From an uncultured cyanobacterium (GTDB taxonomy: Bacteria; Cyanobacteriota; Cyanobacteriia; Cyanobacteriales; CAWCAG01): 64,000 nucleotides of DNA. How positions within the stretch are numbered: the stretch's first letter is position 1; every line of letters begins with the position of its first letter. Positions 52,059 to 63,539 of this stretch are shown here, piece by piece. Position numbers and translations under genes: made by a program. Below the pieces are notes generated by a model. The model searched no databases. It was not told the origin of the DNA and saw only the letters and a program-made list of their open reading frames with translations. The stretch is from positions 160,001 through 224,000 of the forward strand of contig CAWDOD010000002.1 in assembly GCA_963803805.1 (NCBI GenBank), given 5' to 3'.

Positions 52059-53249
52059 ATGACTGAACAGCCTGCGCGTATATGTATTCTTGGGGGCGGC
52101 TTTGGTGGATTATATACCGCCTTGCGTCTAAGTGAATTACCCTGGGAAAAAGCCCATAAACCCGAAATCACCCTCGTTGATCGTGATGATCGCTTTTTGT
52201 TTTCTCCCCTTTTGTACGAACTGCTTACAGAAGAGTTACAAACTTGGGAAGTTGCTCCCCCTTTTACTGAACTTTTAAGGGATACTGGCATCAGCTTTTG
52301 TCAAGGTAATGTGGTTGGCATTGATCCCGAAGCCCGACAGGTAAGTTTAGAAAGTGGCTTCCAATTGCCCTACGATAAGCTGGTAATTGCCTTGGGGGGT
52401 AAGACTCCTTTGGATATCGTTCCGGGGGCAGCCGATTATGCGATTCCTTTCCGTAGTTTAAGCCACGCCCGTTGCTTACAAGAAAAGTTGCGAACTCTAG
52501 AAAATTCTGATGCTGAGAAGATTCGGATTGCAATTGTGGGGGGAGGTTATAGTGGAGTTGAATTGGCTTGTAAGTTAGCAGATAGGCTCAAAGACAGAGG
52601 TAGGTTGCGTATTGTTGATATTGGTGGAGATATTCTCAATCATTCTACCAAATTCAATCGCCAAGCAGCCAAAGAAGCATTGCAAAAACGCGGCGTTTGG
52701 TTAGATTTAGAAACTAAGGTAGAATCGATCACCTCAGAGACAATTGCTTTAGATTACAAAGGGAAAGTTGATACCATCCCCGTAGATGTAGTTCTCTGGA
52801 CTGTAGGGACGAGAGTTTCTGGGTTTGTTAAGGATTTACCCTTCCCAAAAAATCAGCAAGGTTTACTCGAAGTACAACCCACCTTGCAAGTTAGCGATCG
52901 CCATGATATTTTCGCACTAGGAGATGTTATAGCTTGCCGAGATGCCCAAGGGCAAGAAGTTCCTGCTACCGCACAAGCTGCTTTTCAACAATCAGATTAC
53001 TGTGCCTGGAATATTTGGGCATCTTTAACGCAACGTCCTTTACTTCCTTTCCGTTACAAAAACTTAGGAGAAATGCTGGCATTAGGCAAAGATGAAGCAA
53101 CTCTGACAGGTTTGGGAATTGAATTAGCAGGGACTCCTGCTTACATAGCTAGGCGTTTGATGTATCTTTACCGCCTTCCTACCTCTAAACATCAACTTGC
53201 TGTCGGTTTAAAATGGATTACTCAACCAATAATCGAATTACTTTCGTGA
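52059..53249 (+). CDS. ndbB: Type-2 NADH dehydrogenase / demethylphylloquinone reductase NdbB-like
   Basis: RICILGGGFGGLYTALRL, WEVAPPF, GGGYSGVELA, PATAQ.AFQQ. Confidence 0.8.
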   Translation: MTEQPARICILGGGFGGLYTALRLSELPWEKAHKPEITLVDRDDRFLFSPLLYELLTEELQTWEVAPPFTELLRDTGISFCQGNVVGIDPEARQVSLESGFQLPYDKLVIALGGKTPLDIVPGAADYAIPFRSLSHARCLQEKLRTLENSDAEKIRIAIVGGGYSGVELACKLADRLKDRGRLRIVDIGGDILNHSTKFNRQAAKEALQKRGVWLDLETKVESITSETIALDYKGKVDTIPVDVVLWTVGTRVSGFVKDLPFPKNQQGLLEVQPTLQVSDRHDIFALGDVIACRDAQGQEVPATAQAAFQQSDYCAWNIWASLTQRPLLPFRYKNLGEMLALGKDEATLTGLGIELAGTPAYIARRLMYLYRLPTSKHQLAVGLKWITQPIIELLS

Positions 53250-53273
53250 CATCCTCTCTATTGGCAAATTGAT

Positions 53274-53912
53274 ATGACACCCAAGGTAATTTTCTTAGAT
53301 GCTGTTGGTACTTTGTTTGGGGTAAAAGGGAGTGTGGGGGAGATTTATCGAGAGATGGCTTTGGAATTTGGTGTCGATGCCCCTGCCCAGAGTTTGAATA
53401 AAGCCTTTTTTCAAAGCTTTAAAGCTTCCCAACCTTTAGAATTTCCTGAAGCGAAGGCTAATGAAATTCCTGAATTAGAGTTCCAATGGTGGCAGGCGAT
53501 CGCCCAAGAAACTTTTACAACTGCCGGAGTTATAGAACAGTTTGGTAACTTCACAGCCTTTTTCGCCGATCTTTATGCCCATTTTGCTACGGCTGAACCT
53601 TGGTATGTTTATCCTGATGTACTCCCTGCCTTAGAGTTATGGCAGCAAAAAGAGATTACTTTGGGCATTATTTCTAATTTCGATTCTCGCCTTTACGGGG
53701 TTTTGAAGGCTTTGGATTTGAATGATTTTTTTACTAGTGTGACTATTTCTTCTCAAGTTGGTGTGGCAAAGCCAAAAGGTGAAATTTTCCAGGCTGCTTT
53801 GGCACAACATAACTGTCAAGCAAAGGAGGTGTTGCATATTGGTGATAGCTTAAAAGAAGATTATTATGGTGCTAAAGCAGCAGGGGTAAGACCATTTTTG
53901 CTGCGGCGGTAG
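53274..53912 (+). CDS. HAD-superfamily hydrolase
   Basis: FLDAVGTL, ISNFD, KP, HIGDS..EDY. Confidence 0.9.
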   Translation: MTPKVIFLDAVGTLFGVKGSVGEIYREMALEFGVDAPAQSLNKAFFQSFKASQPLEFPEAKANEIPELEFQWWQAIAQETFTTAGVIEQFGNFTAFFADLYAHFATAEPWYVYPDVLPALELWQQKEITLGIISNFDSRLYGVLKALDLNDFFTSVTISSQVGVAKPKGEIFQAALAQHNCQAKEVLHIGDSLKEDYYGAKAAGVRPFLLRR

Positions 53913-53963
53913 AGGAAAAGCTTTTTTTGCCGTTGCCTAATTCTCAAATCTTTATTTACCCAA

Positions 53964-55724
53964 CTATTCGCTCAAAATTGGTATTTTATAGAGGGGAACA
54001 GTAAAAGTTACTGTAGAACCTAAACCTTCCCCCATGCTATAGAAATTAACCACTCCTCCCATCGCTTCAATTAGCTTTTGAGAAATAGCTAAACCTAAGC
54101 CTGTACCTCCATAGGTACGAGTGCGGGAACCATCTACCTGACTAAAAGATTGGAAAAGACGCTCTTGCTTATCTAAAGCAACCCCAATTCCTGTATCGGC
54201 TACCCTAACCATAACTAAGCCAGGACATTCTTCACCATTCACTACCATTTTCTTCTTCACCACCTCTGCACTAATAGTTACGCCACCTTCCTGGGTAAAC
54301 TTAATAGCATTACCTACTAAATTAAGCAGAACCTGTTTCAATCGTTGGTAGTTACCATAAAGGATAATCCCATCGGGATCACGGGTAGCCGGAATCTTGT
54401 TAGTGTAGCTGAGGTTTTTATGGTGGGCTTGGGAATTAGTAAAACTATCTACATCGTGAATTAACTCATTAAGAGGCACTGTAGTTAATTCCAACTCCAT
54501 TTTGCCTGCTTCAATTTTGGCAATATCGAGAACGTCATTAATTAAATTAAGTAAATGGAGGGCTGATTTGTGGGCTTCTTCAATAAATTCTTCTTGCTCT
54601 TCTGGAGTATCTGCCATCCCTTCAATGATTAGTTTAAGAAAACCAATGATGCCATTTAAAGGAGTGCGTAATTCGTGGGAAGTGTTGGCAAGAAATTCGC
54701 TTTTGAGACGAGAAGCTTCTTCAGCCTGGTTTCGGGCTTCTTCTAATTCTCCATAAAGGGTAGCATGGGCGATGGCTGTACCTACTTGATCTGCCAATTC
54801 TTTGACTAATTCTATTTCAGCATTATTCCACTGACGGAGGCGATCGCATTGTTGCAGATAAATCACACTGTTGGGTTGGTTACGATAGCTTGTAGTAGCT
54901 ACTAAAATTGATTTTGCCCCCACCCCACAACCATCAAGTTTTTCTGTTAAGTCAAGGCTATCTATAGCTAAGGGAACTCCGCTACTAAGGGCTTTTTGAA
55001 TATAAGGTTCTGCTTTTAATTGAGTCTCTAAACTCAATTGAGATGGAATTTGCCCTTGTAAATATTCTGCTTCAACTTTAAGTTTACTTTTGTTTTTATC
55101 TCTACTAACTTCCTGATAAGAAAGTATTAAACAACGACTAACATTCAGTGCTGCTCCTAATTCGCTCACCGTCTTCTGCCAAATCACTTTAAGTTTGAGG
55201 GTACGGCGTATATTACGAGCTATTTCTTTCAATAGTTCTTGATAAGGATCAGGAGTGGTTAATAAACCTGATTTGTGTAATTCAGGATTACTATTTTGAG
55301 GTAATAAATGCCCTGTTACTAAAACGAACTCGTTGTCACCAGATGCTACTAATACTGGAGTGATAACTAGTTGCCAGGGAAACAACTTATCACCGTACTT
55401 AAAAAAGCAAGAGCATTTTTGGGGAATACCTTTTTCTAAAACGTGCTGAATGATTTTTTGGTAAGCTTTTACATTTACAGGGCAGATGGTTTCTTCTAAA
55501 GAACTACCGACAATTTCCTGGCAGTCAATACCGTACTCTTGAGCTGCTTTCCAGTGAAATGATAAATATTGACCAGATTTGTTTTGCGCGAAAACAATTT
55601 CTGCTCCCAAAGTATTCCAAAAAACCGAGTTTTGATTAGCAGGAAAAGATTCCATATCATTAGACTCTAATTGAGGTAAGGGGAAATCACCGGGAGCAAC
55701 CATGATTCTCAAATTAATCGCCAA
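53964..55724 (-). CDS. GAF-domain sensor histidine kinase
   Basis: GAF (LQQCD..RQW...E), SHELRTPLNG, NLVGNAIKFT, GGTGLGL; exact start uncertain. Confidence 0.9.
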   Translation of the reverse strand: MAINLRIMVAPGDFPLPQLESNDMESFPANQNSVFWNTLGAEIVFAQNKSGQYLSFHWKAAQEYGIDCQEIVGSSLEETICPVNVKAYQKIIQHVLEKGIPQKCSCFFKYGDKLFPWQLVITPVLVASGDNEFVLVTGHLLPQNSNPELHKSGLLTTPDPYQELLKEIARNIRRTLKLKVIWQKTVSELGAALNVSRCLILSYQEVSRDKNKSKLKVEAEYLQGQIPSQLSLETQLKAEPYIQKALSSGVPLAIDSLDLTEKLDGCGVGAKSILVATTSYRNQPNSVIYLQQCDRLRQWNNAEIELVKELADQVGTAIAHATLYGELEEARNQAEEASRLKSEFLANTSHELRTPLNGIIGFLKLIIEGMADTPEEQEEFIEEAHKSALHLLNLINDVLDIAKIEAGKMELELTTVPLNELIHDVDSFTNSQAHHKNLSYTNKIPATRDPDGIILYGNYQRLKQVLLNLVGNAIKFTQEGGVTISAEVVKKKMVVNGEECPGLVMVRVADTGIGVALDKQERLFQSFSQVDGSRTRTYGGTGLGLAISQKLIEAMGGVVNFYSMGEGLGSTVTFTVPLYKIPILSE

Positions 55725-55782
55725 AATTAAGGCTAGAATTTATTACTTGAAGCTTGGAAATTTGTCAGGAATTAGTTGAAAG

Positions 55783-56016
55783 TCAATCATTCCATTCTCC
55801 TCTTGGGGGAACTGGGGGGTTGCGGGTGAGATTGCGGGCTAAGTCTTCATCTAGTTGCCTTTCTCCTCGAAGCCACTGCTTAATAGCAGTTTCGATTATA
55901 CGGCTAGGATTATTGGTAAGATGCTGAATTTGTTCGAGCAGTTCTGAATCAAGATGTATTGATATTTCTATTTTTTCAGTGGAGCGCCCAGAAGAGACTA
56001 ATTTATTATCGTCCAT
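55783..56016 (-). CDS. Small ribbon-helix-helix-like cyanobacterial protein
   Basis: ISIHLDSELL...NPSRIIETAIKQWL; ATG at 56016. Confidence 0.6.
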   Translation of the reverse strand: MDDNKLVSSGRSTEKIEISIHLDSELLEQIQHLTNNPSRIIETAIKQWLRGERQLDEDLARNLTRNPPVPPRGEWND

Positions 56017-56363
56017 ATTGCTGCTGTGATTTGTTTGAGTATTTATGATTTTACGATCAGAATTTAGGGAAAACCACAAAATCATATCGGTTTTTTATTA
56101 CTTAATTTTTTATTTTGAGATTAGGAGAGAATCTTATAATTGGTAATATCACTTATGATTGGTGATTCAACTTCTTTCATAAATAGTTTGTATAATGGTC
56201 TGTAATCGTTTTTTGCGTCATATACTTAACTGTTAATGCTTAAAATAGAGGTTAAGAAAAAGTGGATAAGAGAAATTTCTTGTAAACAAATCAAGACCTA
56301 CTGACGAAATCAACATTAAAATAAGTTAAGGTTCATAGATTTTCTTTTGCTGCTCAGACAAAT

Positions 56364-58172
56364 ATGACTGATGTTCCCGTTTCTCGCCTTCGTAACTTTT
56401 CTATTATTGCTCATATAGATCATGGCAAGTCCACTTTAGCTGATCGCTTACTCCAAGTCACTGAAACAGTTCAAAAAAGACAGATGAAAGAACAGTTTCT
56501 GGACAATATGGATCTAGAGCGAGAAAGGGGCATTACTATTAAACTACAAGCTGCCCGCATGAATTACGGAGCTGATGATGGGGAAACTTATGTCCTCAAT
56601 CTCATTGATACTCCTGGTCATGTAGACTTTTCTTATGAAGTGTCCCGTTCCTTAGTAGCTTGTGAAGGAGCTTTATTAGTAGTAGATGCTTCTCAAGGGG
56701 TGGAAGCCCAGACTTTAGCTAATGTTTATTTAGCCCTGGAACATGACCTTGAGATTATTCCTGTTTTGAACAAAATTGATCTTCCTGGTGCAGAACCTGA
56801 AAGAATCATCCAAGAAATAGAGGAAGTAATTGGTTTAGATTGTAGCAACGCTATTTTAGCATCTGCAAAGCAGGGATTAGGCATTAAAGAAATCCTAGAA
56901 TCTATTGTTAGCCTGATTCCTTCGCCCCAAGATAACATAGAAAAACCTCTACGGGCCCTGATATTTGATAGTTATTACGATCCCTATCGTGGTGTGATTG
57001 TTTATTTTCGTATCGTCGATGGCAAAGTCAAAAAAGGCGATCGCGTTTTATTGATGGCTTCGGGTAAGGAGTATGAAATCGATGAGTTAGGAGTGCTTTC
57101 ACCAAGCCAAATTCAGGTAGAGGAACTCCACGCTGGGGAAGTAGGTTATTTAGCCGCAGCGATTAAAACCGTAGAAGACGCGCGGGTGGGGGATACCATA
57201 ACTTTAGTCCCTAACCCGGCACAAGAGGCCTTACCGGGTTATACAGAGGCTAAACCGATGGTATTTTGCGGCCTCTTTCCCACAGAATCTGATCAGTATA
57301 AAGATTTGCGAGAAGCTTTAGATAAGCTTAAACTCAACGATGCGGCCCTTTCCTTTGAACCGGAAACCTCTACTGCTATGGGTTTCGGTTTCCGTTGCGG
57401 CTTTTTGGGTTTGCTACATATGGAAATTGTCCAAGAACGTCTAGAAAGGGAATATAATCTCGATCTTATTACCACTGCCCCTTCTGTGATTTATCGCATC
57501 ACCAACACTGATGGGGAAGTATTTGAAGTGGATAATCCCAGTCAGCTACCCGATCCTCAAAAACGAGAGAAAATCGAAGAACCTTATATCCTGGTGGAAA
57601 TGATTACCCCAGAGGAATATGTGGGGGCGTTGATGGAACTCTGTCAAGGGCGTAGGGGTGTTTATAAAGATATGAAATATTTTGCCCAAGGACGTACTAC
57701 CCTAGTTTATGAACTTCCTTTAGCTGAAGTGGTGACAGACTTTTTTGATCAACTTAAATCTCGTTCCCGTGGTTATGCGAGTATGGAATATCGCTTTCTG
57801 GATTATCGGGATAATCCTTTGGTGAAATTAGATATTCTCGTTAATGGCGATCGCGTGGATTCTTTGGCTACTATAGTTCACCGAGACAAAGCTTATTATT
57901 TAGGGCGTTCCTTAACTGAAAAACTTAAAGAGTTAATTCCTCGCCACCAATTTAAGATTCCTCTGCAAGCTGCTATTGGGGGCAAAATTATTGCTAGTGA
58001 ACATATTCCCGCTTTGCGTAAGGATGTTTTGGCTAAATGCTACGGTGGTGATATTTCCCGCAAGAAAAAGTTGTTGCAAAAGCAAGCTAAGGGGAAAAAA
58101 CGGATGAAGTCTATCGGTACAGTTGATGTTCCTCAAGAAGCTTTTATGGCAGTTTTGAAGTTAGATAATTAA
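56364..58172 (+). CDS. lepA: Translation elongation factor 4
   Basis: [49 protein letters not shown]. Confidence 0.98.
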   Translation: MTDVPVSRLRNFSIIAHIDHGKSTLADRLLQVTETVQKRQMKEQFLDNMDLERERGITIKLQAARMNYGADDGETYVLNLIDTPGHVDFSYEVSRSLVACEGALLVVDASQGVEAQTLANVYLALEHDLEIIPVLNKIDLPGAEPERIIQEIEEVIGLDCSNAILASAKQGLGIKEILESIVSLIPSPQDNIEKPLRALIFDSYYDPYRGVIVYFRIVDGKVKKGDRVLLMASGKEYEIDELGVLSPSQIQVEELHAGEVGYLAAAIKTVEDARVGDTITLVPNPAQEALPGYTEAKPMVFCGLFPTESDQYKDLREALDKLKLNDAALSFEPETSTAMGFGFRCGFLGLLHMEIVQERLEREYNLDLITTAPSVIYRITNTDGEVFEVDNPSQLPDPQKREKIEEPYILVEMITPEEYVGALMELCQGRRGVYKDMKYFAQGRTTLVYELPLAEVVTDFFDQLKSRSRGYASMEYRFLDYRDNPLVKLDILVNGDRVDSLATIVHRDKAYYLGRSLTEKLKELIPRHQFKIPLQAAIGGKIIASEHIPALRKDVLAKCYGGDISRKKKLLQKQAKGKKRMKSIGTVDVPQEAFMAVLKLDN

Positions 58173-58187
58173 GTCAAGAACTGTTAG

Positions 58188-59360
58188 ATGAACATTGATG
58201 GTATTAAGAGTCTCTACTACATTACCCATATAAAAAACTTACCATCTATACTTGAACGTGGCATTTTATCCCATGGAAAAGTTGATGAGTTAAATGTTTC
58301 TTACACTCCCATTTACGATACTGCAATTGTCAGTCAGCGTAAAGACAAAGTAACTTTAGAACAAAAGAGTTTGTGGGAGTATGCCAACTTATATTTCCAA
58401 CCAAGAAATCCTATGATGTATAGGGTTGTTCATGAAAAGGATAAAAAAGATCTTGCCATTGTTGGTATTAAGCCCAAAATACTGTACAACTCTGGAGTAC
58501 TAATTACTGATGGCAATGCCGCTAGCCAACCAACTAAATTTCTCTCGGTTCATGAAGGGCTAAAAATACTCGCCAAACAATGGAAAATAATTCAAAATGA
58601 TTGGTGGAATGAACATGATGGTTCAAAGCGCAAGATTATGTCTGAGTGCTTAATTCCGGAACAAGTTAGCCCGGAATATGTTCATTCAGTTTTTGTAGCA
58701 GATCATAAAGTGAAAGAAAAAGTTACCTCAATGATAGGTTCAGCAAAAGTTCCTATTGTTGTTGAGTCTCAGATGTTTTTCCAGCCTAGATCCGCTACTC
58801 GTATTGGCAATAATATCTCTTTAATTAATGGAGATATGTTTTTTTCTAATATGCAAACGCTGACCATAAGTGTTAATTTGCAAGGGATAATGGGAAAGGG
58901 GCTAGCCTCTAGAGCAAAGTATCAATTTCCTGATGTATATGTCAATTATCAAGACGCTTGCCAAAAAAAGTATCTTACCGCAACAAAGCCTTATCTATAC
59001 AAAAGGGAAGCATCTTTAGATGAGGAATTAGCTGATTTAACTCTGCCTTTAAAAACTCCTAATGCTGTGAAATGGTTTTTGCTATTTGCTACTAAAAGGA
59101 AGTGGCGCGAAAATTCTCGTCGAGATGATATTGAAGCTGGTTTAAATTGGATTAGAAGTAATTATCAAGAAGTAGGAATAAAATCTTTAGCGATGCCTGC
59201 TTTAGGTTGCGGTTTAGGCAACTTAAATTGGGCTGATATTGGCCCATTGATGTGTCGTTACTTACATAATATTGAGATTCCCGTGGCTATTTATCTCCCC
59301 CAAGAACAAAAAATTGCTCCTGAATACCAAACAGAAAATTATTTGTTACAACGAAATTAG
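58188..59360 (+). CDS. DarT (DUF4433) DNA ADP-ribosyltransferase fused to a DarG-type macrodomain
   Basis: N-half YYITHIKNLPSIL..GILS, LYFQPRNPMMY, TDGNAAS, KRKIMSECL; C-half GDMF, VNLQGIMGKGLA, FATK..WR..S, SLAMPALGCGLG.L.W. Confidence 0.85.
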   Translation: MNIDGIKSLYYITHIKNLPSILERGILSHGKVDELNVSYTPIYDTAIVSQRKDKVTLEQKSLWEYANLYFQPRNPMMYRVVHEKDKKDLAIVGIKPKILYNSGVLITDGNAASQPTKFLSVHEGLKILAKQWKIIQNDWWNEHDGSKRKIMSECLIPEQVSPEYVHSVFVADHKVKEKVTSMIGSAKVPIVVESQMFFQPRSATRIGNNISLINGDMFFSNMQTLTISVNLQGIMGKGLASRAKYQFPDVYVNYQDACQKKYLTATKPYLYKREASLDEELADLTLPLKTPNAVKWFLLFATKRKWRENSRRDDIEAGLNWIRSNYQEVGIKSLAMPALGCGLGNLNWADIGPLMCRYLHNIEIPVAIYLPQEQKIAPEYQTENYLLQRN

Positions 59361-59806
59361 GTTTCCTGGGTAAGCCTGATAATTAATTCAGAATGCTGGG
59401 GAAATTTCTGCAATAACTCTTCCCGACTCACAATATTGAGTTGTTCCCATTCAAAAGCTGGCGCACAAATATTACTTCCAAAAGCAAAAGAAACTCCATC
59501 AGGTATTTCAGCAGCTTGAAGGCATCCTTTAGGAATAGTAATAACTGGACGTTCACCTAATTTTAAATCAGTTCCCAAGTGAAAACTATGGTGTTCTCCA
59601 TTAGATTCTAGGGTATGTAAAATCAGTTTTCCCTGATGAATTGCCCAAATTTCTTCGCTATTTAATACTTTATGAAAGGAAGAAATGGCTCCAGGTAAAA
59701 ATAACCAATGACCAGAAGTACGAAACTGATCGCGATGGGTTTCAACGAACTTTGGACCTTCAGGATGATCGTACCAATCGTAAGATTCGAGTATAGCTTT
59801 TATCAT
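59357..59806 (-). CDS. Cupin (DUF985/cupin_5-like) protein
   Basis: HPEG..F.ET, SSFHKV..EEIW..H.G, AP.F; ATG at 59806. Confidence 0.8.
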   Translation of the reverse strand: MIKAILESYDWYDHPEGPKFVETHRDQFRTSGHWLFLPGAISSFHKVLNSEEIWAIHQGKLILHTLESNGEHHSFHLGTDLKLGERPVITIPKGCLQAAEIPDGVSFAFGSNICAPAFEWEQLNIVSREELLQKFPQHSELIIRLTQET

Positions 59807-59862
59807 TTGGGAGCAGGGAATTAAGGAGAAGTTAAGGACAATTAGCAACTAGCAATTAGCCA

Positions 59863-61767
59863 TTAGCCATTAGCAACTAGCCGATTCCTAGTTTCTAAAT
59901 AAACTAATAAAGCATTAATATCAGCAGGATTAACCCCTCCAATTCTAGAAGCTTGCCCTACGGTTAAAGGTCTAACTTTAGTAAGTTTTTCTCTCGCTTC
60001 CATAGATAAAGTTTCTATGGTCATATAATCTAAATTATCAGCTAATTTACGATTACTATGGCGGTTCACTTGTTCGATTTGGTTTTCTTGACGTTTGATA
60101 TAACCGGAATATTTAATATCAATTTCTGCTCCTTCTTTTTCTGCTTGATTTAATTCAGGGTTTCCTAAACCATAACTTGCTAAATTGTCATAATGGAAAC
60201 CGGGACGACGCAATAAATCAGCTAAGGTAATTGAACCTTTGATTTTTTGTTGAGTATCAGTTGCGATCGCCACACCAACTTGATCTCTTTCTTTGACCCT
60301 GGTACTGTGCAACCGTTCCTTTTCCGCGACAATGTTAGCTTGCTTGCGTTGAAACATTTGCCAACGACGATTGTCAATTAAACCAATCTCTCTACCCATA
60401 GGGGTTAAGCGCTGATCAGCATTATCTGAACGCAACAGCAAGCGATATTCAGATCTACTAGTTAACATTCGGTAAGGTTCCCGCAAATCCTTAGTACAAA
60501 GATCATCAATCAACGTGCCGATGTAGCTTTGTTCACGGGGGAAGACAATCATTTCTTCTCCTTTAGCAAAGCGCGTTGCATTAATCCCCGCAACTAGACC
60601 TTGGGCCGCAGCTTCCTCATAGCCCGTTGTGCCATTGATTTGTCCGGCAGCAAACAACCCCTCAATTTTTTTGGTCATTAAGGTAGGATAACATTGGGTT
60701 GCAGGTAAGTAATCGTATTCCACTGCATAGGCAGGGCGCAGCATGGCACATTGTTCTAAACCAGGGAGAGTATGCAACATCTCTAGTTGTAATTTTTCTG
60801 GCAAACCTGTAGAGAAACCTTGAATATAAAGTTCAGGGATATCTCTACCTTCTGGTTCAATAAAAATTTGGTGACTTTCTTTATCTGCAAAGCGAACAAT
60901 TTTATCTTCAATGCTAGGACAGTAACGGGGTCCTTTAGAGTCGATGAAACCGCCGTAAATTGGGGAAAGGTGTAAGTTGTCCCGAATTAATTTATGGGTG
61001 TCGCCAGTAGTACGAGTTAAGTAACAAGGCATCTGTTCCCTTGCTACCCAAACTTGAGGATCAAAACTAAACCAACGCACCTCTGCATCACCCGGTTGCA
61101 GTTCCATTTTACTATAATCAGCAGAACGTTTATCAACCCGTGCAGGAGTCCCTGTTTTCAATCTCCCGGTTTCAAAACCTAGCTGGTTAAGGGTATCAGT
61201 TAAACCTACTGCGGCAAACTCTCCCGCCCTTCCTGCTGCCATTGATTTACCGCCAATCCAAATTTTACCCCCTAAAAAAGTTCCGGTGGTGAGGACGACG
61301 GCTTTGGTTTGGAAACAAGTACCGAAATAAGTCTCAATACCTATAACCTCATCGTTTTTTCCTAAAATGAGGTCTGTTACCATAGCTTCTCGGATAGTTA
61401 AATTGGCTTGGTTTTCAATAATCTCCTTCATTATTGCTGCATATTCCCGTTTATCGGTTTGCGCCCGCAATGCCCTAACCGCAGGTCCCCGTGAGGAGTT
61501 GAGGACGCGCTTTTGTAAATAGGTACGATCAGCCATTTTGCCAATTTCTCCCCCCAAGGCATCTACTTCATGGGTTAATTGGGACTTAGCTGGACCACCA
61601 ACGGCAGGGTTGCAAGGTTGCCAAGCAATTTTATCTAAGTTCAAGGTTAGCATCATTGTGCGGCAACCAAGACGGGCTGAGGCTAAGGCAGCTTCGCAAC
61701 CGGAATGCCCTGCGCCGACGATAATGACATCAAAGGAGTCTTGGAATTCTATTGAGGAAGTTGTCAT
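59863..61767 (-). CDS. mnmG: tRNA uridine-5-carboxymethylaminomethyl modification enzyme
   Basis: [45 protein letters not shown]. Confidence 0.97.
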   Translation of the reverse strand: MTTSSIEFQDSFDVIIVGAGHSGCEAALASARLGCRTMMLTLNLDKIAWQPCNPAVGGPAKSQLTHEVDALGGEIGKMADRTYLQKRVLNSSRGPAVRALRAQTDKREYAAIMKEIIENQANLTIREAMVTDLILGKNDEVIGIETYFGTCFQTKAVVLTTGTFLGGKIWIGGKSMAAGRAGEFAAVGLTDTLNQLGFETGRLKTGTPARVDKRSADYSKMELQPGDAEVRWFSFDPQVWVAREQMPCYLTRTTGDTHKLIRDNLHLSPIYGGFIDSKGPRYCPSIEDKIVRFADKESHQIFIEPEGRDIPELYIQGFSTGLPEKLQLEMLHTLPGLEQCAMLRPAYAVEYDYLPATQCYPTLMTKKIEGLFAAGQINGTTGYEEAAAQGLVAGINATRFAKGEEMIVFPREQSYIGTLIDDLCTKDLREPYRMLTSRSEYRLLLRSDNADQRLTPMGREIGLIDNRRWQMFQRKQANIVAEKERLHSTRVKERDQVGVAIATDTQQKIKGSITLADLLRRPGFHYDNLASYGLGNPELNQAEKEGAEIDIKYSGYIKRQENQIEQVNRHSNRKLADNLDYMTIETLSMEAREKLTKVRPLTVGQASRIGGVNPADINALLVYLETRNRLVANG

Positions 61768-61928
61768 AGGTTAAGTAAAAGAGTATTTATGTGTGAAGAT
61801 ATGAGTTTAAAAAAGAAAATCCTAGAGACTATATTTTATATCTACAGATATTTAAAATTCGTTCAAAACAAATCTTGTCAAGTTCTTGACGTTTTCTATT
61901 TATATTAAGGCCGCCAACTATATATTGG

Positions 61929-62831
61929 ATGGAGACAAGCCTATTGAAACGTCGTAAATTATTAATCCTTACTTCTATGGGCGGACTAGGATTAGCTTTG
62001 GCATCTCATAAGTATTTAACGCCTCAATATCCTCTCACTTTAAAAAGCTGCCCCGACATAGCTTCAGAAAAATCTTTACCCCTATTGCGTTTTGCTGCTC
62101 TCGGTGACGTAGGGACAGGAGATGAGAAGCAATATAAAGTAGCTAAAATTATGAGTTGTTACTTCAAGCTTAATCCCTTTTCTCTGGTTCTCTTGGCAGG
62201 AGATAATATTTATAGAAATGGTGAAATAAAAAAAATTGCTGCCACCTTTGAAAGACCTTACCATGAGCTTTTACAGCAAAACGTAAACTTTTATGCTGTC
62301 CTTGGCAATCACGATATTCGTAGCAACAACGGCATTCCTCAAATTCGTTACCCTGGGTTCAATATGCAGGGACGTTACTATAGTTTTACTCGTGGCCCAG
62401 TACAGTTTTTTGCCCTTAATAGTAACCCAGAAGCAGGTTGGTCAAAGCAGTTGGTCTGGTTAGAAGAAAAATTAGCCGAGTCTCAACAGCCCTGGAAAGT
62501 AGTATTTGGACACCATCAAATGTATTCTTCGGGTAAATATGGAGTTAATCAAGAATTAATCGAGCGCCTAACACCTTTGTTTTCTCGCTATGGTGTTCAG
62601 CTTTATATTAACGGCCATGAACACCATTATGAAAGGACTCAACCCATTAAAGGTACAACCTATTTAACCTGTGGTGCTGGTGCTAAACTACGTCCAGTCG
62701 GTGAGTCAGATTGGACAGCCTATGCTGTTTCTAGATTAAGCTTTGCAGGAATTGAAGTTTATTCAGATCGTTTAGAAATTTGTGGCATAGGTACTGACGG
62801 ACAAGTATTTGATCGGGGAGTTATTTCCTAG
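61929..62831 (+). CDS. Exported calcineurin-like metallophosphoesterase
   Basis: KRR plus hydrophobic leader; GD.G, GDN.Y, GNHD, GHH, GHEH.YER. Confidence 0.88.
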   Translation: METSLLKRRKLLILTSMGGLGLALASHKYLTPQYPLTLKSCPDIASEKSLPLLRFAALGDVGTGDEKQYKVAKIMSCYFKLNPFSLVLLAGDNIYRNGEIKKIAATFERPYHELLQQNVNFYAVLGNHDIRSNNGIPQIRYPGFNMQGRYYSFTRGPVQFFALNSNPEAGWSKQLVWLEEKLAESQQPWKVVFGHHQMYSSGKYGVNQELIERLTPLFSRYGVQLYINGHEHHYERTQPIKGTTYLTCGAGAKLRPVGESDWTAYAVSRLSFAGIEVYSDRLEICGIGTDGQVFDRGVIS

Positions 62832-62846
62832 TTACAAGAGAATGCC

Positions 62847-63527
62847 ATGAGGATTTTATTAGTAGAAGATGATGATCGCATTGCTAGGCCCCTAGCAGAA
62901 GGTTTAAGAAATGAACATCACGTAGTCGAAATAGCTGGGGATGGTATTGAAGGTTGGGAATTTGCTCAAGGGGCTGAATATGACCTAATTCTCTTGGATT
63001 TGATGCTACCAAAATTAGATGGCATTGAACTGTGTAAGCGATTGCGAAAGGCGAAATCCCAGGCCTTAATTTTGATGCTCACGGCTAGAGATACTATTGA
63101 TGATAAGGTAATTGGGCTAGATGCTGGGGCAGATGACTATTTGGTAAAACCATTCAAACTCAAAGAATTAGCAGCAAGAATCAGGGCTTTATCCCGTAGA
63201 AGTCATGAACTCAAACCGCAAATTATTAGTTACCAGGAATTACAACTCAATCCCAGTACGGGGGAAGTAACCTATGAAGGTAATTTGCTTTTGCTAACCC
63301 CCAAAGAATATTTAATTTTAGAATACTTTTTACGCCATCCCAAACAAATTTTAACCCGTTCAGCTATTCTTGATAAGCTCTGGGAGTTTGACAAATCTTC
63401 GGGAGAAGGAACTATTAAAACCCATATTACCAACCTGCGCTCAAAGCTAAAAGCAGTAGGAAGTAAAGGCAATTTGATTGAAACTGTTTATGGCATTGGT
63501 TATCGTTTGGGGTCATTAGAAAATTAG
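62847..63527 (+). CDS. OmpR-family response regulator
   Basis: LLVEDD, LDLMLP..DG, GADDY..KPF, wHTH ETVYGIGY. Confidence 0.93.
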   Translation: MRILLVEDDDRIARPLAEGLRNEHHVVEIAGDGIEGWEFAQGAEYDLILLDLMLPKLDGIELCKRLRKAKSQALILMLTARDTIDDKVIGLDAGADDYLVKPFKLKELAARIRALSRRSHELKPQIISYQELQLNPSTGEVTYEGNLLLLTPKEYLILEYFLRHPKQILTRSAILDKLWEFDKSSGEGTIKTHITNLRSKLKAVGSKGNLIETVYGIGYRLGSLEN

Positions 63528-63539
63528 CGGTTTGCTGTT

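Noticed and set aside
55783-56085. Toxin-antitoxin module around the small RHH-like gene
   Set aside because: No adjacent toxin ORF; neighbours are a histidine kinase and lepA
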